Below are positions 60,249 to 64,000 of a stretch of 64,000 bases of DNA, piece by piece. The first letter of the stretch is position 1. Every line of letters starts with the position of its first letter. The stretch is from Oscillospiraceae bacterium. Lineage in GTDB: Bacteria; Bacillota; Clostridia; Oscillospirales; Oscillospiraceae. The notes beneath the pieces are model-generated. The model did not search any database and was not told the DNA's origin. It saw only the letters and a list, made by a program, of their open reading frames with translations. The stretch spans positions 2,771 through 66,770 of the forward strand of contig JAVBMI010000019.1 of the NCBI GenBank assembly GCA_031552685.1. The letters are read 5' to 3'. A program made the translations under genes and the position numbers.

Positions 60249-62279
60249 TTGACAAAAAGAAGTCCAAAACAAAGCAGAGATATGTGGTTTGCCGTCCTGA
60301 TAATCGTGTTATTGCTGGGAGCGGTCTATTCGCTCACGCGCACAGATAATACCGGCAAGGACCTTGTATACTCTGACATTATAGATTTATTCAGAGAAGA
60401 GAAGGTCGATTCTTTCGGTACTATCGGCAACGAGCTGCATCTGGTGCTCAAGGAGGAACTTGACGGCAAAACTGAGTATGTCTATGCGCTTGCGTCCGTA
60501 ACATTCTTCAGGGAGGATTTAGGCGAGCTTATCCAGGAGCAAAAAGACGCCGGAATACTTGAAGAATTTGAATACGCGCCCACTCCGGACCCGTCTATTT
60601 GGCTCGGTATCTTCCCCTATCTGATGATAGCGGGCGTTGCCGTTTTCCTTTGGATTGCCATGATGAACATGGCAAAGCGTGCCGACGGAGCGGGCGGCGG
60701 AGCAATGCGCTTCGGCAAGGCCCGTGCCCGTTTGGGAACTGAGGAAACCAAAAAGGTCACCTTCAATGACGTTGCCGGCTGCGACGAGGAGAAGGAAGAG
60801 CTTCAGGAGGTCGTGGAGTTTTTACGCAATCCGACTTCCTTTAGTCAGATGGGCGCGCGCATACCTAAGGGCGTTCTGCTCGTCGGACCTCCGGGAACGG
60901 GTAAGACCCTGCTGGCAAAGGCCGTTGCGGGCGAGTCCGGCGTTCAGTTCCTGTCTATTTCCGGCTCCGACTTTGTTGAGCTTTATGTCGGCGTCGGCGC
61001 TTCCCGCGTGCGTGACCTGTTCAAGCAGGCAAAGGAAGTTGCCCCAGCTATTATATTTATTGATGAAATCGATGCTGTCGGCCGTCAGCGCGGCTCAGGG
61101 CTGGGCGGCGGTCACGATGAGCGCGAACAGACCCTGAACCAATTGCTGGTCGAGATGGACGGCTTCGGCAACAACTCGGGCGTAATAGTTATGGCCGCGA
61201 CCAACCGCGCGGACATTCTGGACAATGCTCTGCTGCGCCCGGGTCGCTTTGACAGAACGGTTTATGTCGGCATGCCCGACAAGAAGGGACGCGCCGCTAT
61301 CCTGCGAGTACATGCCAGAGGCAAGGCTCTGGGTGACGATGTCGACCTTGACAGCATTGCACGAGGCACACCTGGCTTCTCAGGCGCCGACCTTGAAAAT
61401 CTGCTCAACGAGGCCGCCATTCTGGCAGTTCGCAGAGCGAAAAAGTTCATAACACAGGAAGAAGTCAACGAAGCCATTTTGAAGGTCATCGCGGGCCCTG
61501 AAAAGAAGAGCCGTGTTATGAGCGAAAAGGCCAAGCGCCTTACCGCCTACCACGAGGCAGGCCACGCGGTTGCCGGACGCTTTATGCAGGATATGGACCC
61601 GGTTGAGTTTATTACCATCATCCCGCGCGGCCCAAGCGGCGGCATGACCGTTTATCGTCCGAGCGAGGACAAGGAGGAATATACCTCCCGCGGAGAGATG
61701 TTTGCGAACATCGTTGTATGCCTTGGCGGACGTATCGCGGAGAGCATGATACTCGATGATATTTCCACCGGCGCTTCGGGAGATATCCACAGCGCCACGG
61801 AAACTGCCAGAGCGATGGTGATGAAATACGGCTTCTCCGAAAAGCTCGGCCCGATATCCTTTGACAGCTCCGAGCACAGCCTGTTCATCGGGCGCGATTT
61901 CGGCACTATGAAGAGCTATTCTGAGGAGACCGCCGCACTTATCGACGAAGAAGTCAAACGTATCTTCGACGAGGCCGGCGCAAAATGTGTGGAGATCCTC
62001 GAGGAGCATAAGGATCTGCTGGTTGCCACAGCGGAATACCTCATCGAGAACGAATCCATGGACGGTGCTCAATTTGCCGCGCTTTGCGAAACGGGCAGCG
62101 TTCCCGAGCGCATCGAGGCTCCTATCGAGCCGCGTGAGCAGCAGCCCAGCGTTGCGCCCGGCGGCGAGGAGGACAAAATCGAAAGGCCGCTTGAGGCGGA
62201 GCTTTCGGAGGAAAACATCAGGCCGGGCACGGGCGACAATGAGGAAAAATCCGTGTTCCGCGACTCTGACGCAGAATAA
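60249..62279 (+). CDS. ftsH: ATP-dependent zinc metalloprotease FtsH
   Basis: [17 protein letters not shown], the SRH region and the HEAGHA zinc motif. It has a TTG start. An alternative ATG at 60282 is possible. Confidence 0.93.
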   Translation: MTKRSPKQSRDMWFAVLIIVLLLGAVYSLTRTDNTGKDLVYSDIIDLFREEKVDSFGTIGNELHLVLKEELDGKTEYVYALASVTFFREDLGELIQEQKDAGILEEFEYAPTPDPSIWLGIFPYLMIAGVAVFLWIAMMNMAKRADGAGGGAMRFGKARARLGTEETKKVTFNDVAGCDEEKEELQEVVEFLRNPTSFSQMGARIPKGVLLVGPPGTGKTLLAKAVAGESGVQFLSISGSDFVELYVGVGASRVRDLFKQAKEVAPAIIFIDEIDAVGRQRGSGLGGGHDEREQTLNQLLVEMDGFGNNSGVIVMAATNRADILDNALLRPGRFDRTVYVGMPDKKGRAAILRVHARGKALGDDVDLDSIARGTPGFSGADLENLLNEAAILAVRRAKKFITQEEVNEAILKVIAGPEKKSRVMSEKAKRLTAYHEAGHAVAGRFMQDMDPVEFITIIPRGPSGGMTVYRPSEDKEEYTSRGEMFANIVVCLGGRIAESMILDDISTGASGDIHSATETARAMVMKYGFSEKLGPISFDSSEHSLFIGRDFGTMKSYSEETAALIDEEVKRIFDEAGAKCVEILEEHKDLLVATAEYLIENESMDGAQFAALCETGSVPERIEAPIEPREQQPSVAPGGEEDKIERPLEAELSEENIRPGTGDNEEKSVFRDSDAE

Positions 62280-62287
62280 AAAAACCC

Positions 62288-62316
62288 AAAATGGCGGGCA
62301 ATGCCCGCCATTTTTG
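62288..62316 (+). terminator. Rho-independent terminator after ftsH
   Basis: The sequence is atggcgggca-a-tgcccgccat followed by tttt. Confidence 0.75.
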
Positions 62317-62346
62317 AGAGAAATCCAATGAGAGCGGGAAGAAAGA

Positions 62347-63444
62347 ATGAAACTTGGAATCGTAGGCTTGCCGAATGTCGGCAAGAGCACGCTTTTTAAC
62401 GCCATAACAAACGCAGGAGCTGACAGCGCGAACTATCCCTTCTGCACAATCGACCCCAACGTGGGCACTGTCGCCGTCCCTGACGAACGGCTGGATTTTT
62501 TGGCGCAGCTTTACAGCCCGAAGAAATACACCCCTGCAATTATCGAATTTGTTGACATTGCGGGCCTTGTAAAGGGCGCGTCGAAGGGCGAGGGGCTGGG
62601 CAACAAGTTTTTGAGTAATATTCGCATGACGGACGCTATCGTCCATGTTGTGCGTTGCTTTGACGATGAGAATGTCATCCACGTTGAGGGCGGATGTGAC
62701 CCGCTTCGGGACATTGAGATTATCAACCTTGAACTCATAATGGCGGATATGGAAATGGTTGAGCGCCGCATTGACAAGGCCAGAAAGGCCGGCAAGGGAG
62801 GCGACAAGCGTTTTCTCCACGAGGCGGAGGTAATGGAGGGTCTGCAAAAGCATCTCGATTCGGGAAAGAGTGCGAGAATTTATGACTGCCCACCCGAAGA
62901 CAGGGCAATTATCGCCGAGAGCGAGCTGTTGTCGCTAAAGCCGGTTATTTACGCGGCAAACCTGGACGAGGCGGGATTTGTCGCCGGCTTTGAGAGCAAT
63001 AAATACTACGGACAGGTTGAGGAATATGCCAAAGGCGAGGGCTCGTTAACGCTGCCCATCTGCGCCAAGGTCGAGCAGGAGATCGGCGAGCTGGACTCCG
63101 ACGACAAGCAGCTTTTCCTCGAAGAGCTGGGCATGAGCGAATCCGGACTTGACAGACTTATAAAATGTTCCTACGAGCTTTTGGGGCTGATATCCTTCCT
63201 GACCGCAGGAGCGGACGAGGTGCGCGCATGGACAATAAAGCGCGGAACAAAGGCACCGCAGGCTGCCGGGAAAATTCACACCGATTTTGAAAGAGGTTTC
63301 ATCAGGGCGGAAATTGTCGCATTTGATGATTTGAAGGCCTGCGGGACTCTTGCCGCCGCAAAGGAAAAGGGGCTTATCCGCAGTGAGGGCAAGGAATATA
63401 TTATGCATGACGGCGATGTAACGCTGTTTAGATTCAACGTTTAG
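62347..63444 (+). CDS. ychF: Redox-regulated ATPase YchF (Obg-like)
   Basis: MKLGIVGLPNVGKSTLFNAIT...C-terminal TGS-like domain HTDFERGFIRAE. Confidence 0.93.
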   Translation: MKLGIVGLPNVGKSTLFNAITNAGADSANYPFCTIDPNVGTVAVPDERLDFLAQLYSPKKYTPAIIEFVDIAGLVKGASKGEGLGNKFLSNIRMTDAIVHVVRCFDDENVIHVEGGCDPLRDIEIINLELIMADMEMVERRIDKARKAGKGGDKRFLHEAEVMEGLQKHLDSGKSARIYDCPPEDRAIIAESELLSLKPVIYAANLDEAGFVAGFESNKYYGQVEEYAKGEGSLTLPICAKVEQEIGELDSDDKQLFLEELGMSESGLDRLIKCSYELLGLISFLTAGADEVRAWTIKRGTKAPQAAGKIHTDFERGFIRAEIVAFDDLKACGTLAAAKEKGLIRSEGKEYIMHDGDVTLFRFNV

Positions 63445-63455
63445 GAGGCAACAGG

Positions 63456-64000
63456 GTGGAAGAGCAAATCATTGTAGTCAAGGGACTGAACAAGACCTTC
63501 AAGCTCTCTGCAAAGCAGCAAAAGCTTGAGAAGACAAAGACAAAAGTAATTAAAGCAGTAGATGACCTTTCCTTTACCGCAACTAAGGGCGAAATTTTCG
63601 GACTTCTCGGTCCGAACGGCGCGGGAAAGACAACAACTCTGCGAATGCTGGCAACGCTCATCAAGCCGGATTCAGGAGATGCGGTTCTCGACGGCGCCAG
63701 CATTGTGAGCCAGCCGGACGAGGTGCGTTCAAAAATCGGCTTTCTCACGAGCGAGCTGAAGCTGGAGGACTTTTTCACGCCGAACTACCTCTATGACTTC
63801 TTCTCATCGCTGCACAATGTTAGCGATGCCGTACGCAATGATCGAAAAAGCTACATATTCAAAAAATTCGGTATTGACGTTTTTGCGGAGGTGAAGGTCG
63901 CAAACCTCTCCACAGGTATGAAACAGAAGGTTTCTCTGGCTGTTTCCCTTGTGCACGACCCGGATATAATTATTTTTGACGAGCCCACAAACGGCCTTGA
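63456..64000 (+). CDS. ABC transporter ATP-binding protein, N-terminal part; the gene runs off the window end
   Basis: The GTG at 63456 lies 7 nt after AGGAGG. The translation contains GLLGPNGAGKTTTLRML, LSTGMKQK and IIIFDEPTNGL. Confidence 0.8.
   Translation, partial: MEEQIIVVKGLNKTFKLSAKQQKLEKTKTKVIKAVDDLSFTATKGEIFGLLGPNGAGKTTTLRMLATLIKPDSGDAVLDGASIVSQPDEVRSKIGFLTSELKLEDFFTPNYLYDFFSSLHNVSDAVRNDRKSYIFKKFGIDVFAEVKVANLSTGMKQKVSLAVSLVHDPDIIIFDEPTNGL

Noticed and set aside
61380-62405. 341-aa minus-strand ORF opposite the ftsH 3' half
   Set aside because: It is a shadow ORF. It runs through the ftsH terminator and the ychF start, with no RBS and no recognisable domains.

Overview
This window looks like a core chromosomal segment of a spore-forming Firmicute of class Clostridia. 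The evidence is the gpr, yabP-yabQ-divIC-yabR, SCIFF and whiA genes, low-GC-type RBSs and a moderately GC-rich sequence by eye. Nearly all of it is densely packed housekeeping genes in well-known syntenic blocks:
- hrcA-grpE-dnaK with a CIRCE operator
- rpmB
- hprK-murB-rapZ-yvcK-whiA
- dnaE
- zupT
- a cobalamin-riboswitch-controlled ECF transporter operon with two DUF4430 lipoproteins
- yfbR-like HD hydrolase, ACT/UPF0210 pair, DUF896, glyQS, nadE
- parA-parB-serS with a perfect parS site
- gpr, rpsT
- a PLP decarboxylase
- the SCIFF peptide with its radical SAM maturase
- leuABCD behind a Leu (CUC) T-box
- ilvBNCD behind a probable Val (GUC) T-box
- gtrA
- an amino-acid ABC transporter
- gdpP-rplI-dnaB-tilS-hpt-ftsH-ychF

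I found no tRNA, rRNA, CRISPR array, transposase, integrase or recognisable defence genes.

The one thing the gene annotation does not explain is a three-member family of about 0.5-kb intergenic mosaic elements at about 11.1, 38.9 and 48.5 kb. They are extremely hairpin-rich. The hairpin stems differ between copies by compensatory changes. One copy carries a perfect 33-nt terminal inverted repeat and an inverted module. All three share a core with two AGCGAGCG boxes exactly 54 nt apart. I do not recognise the family, so it is either a MITE/BIME-like element or an unclassified structured RNA.

Secondary points of interest are the B12-riboswitch ECF operon with a transcobalamin-like lipoprotein, and a single in-frame TAA that splits its ATPase from the S component.

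Coordinates of non-coding features are hand-derived and may be off by 1-3 nt.
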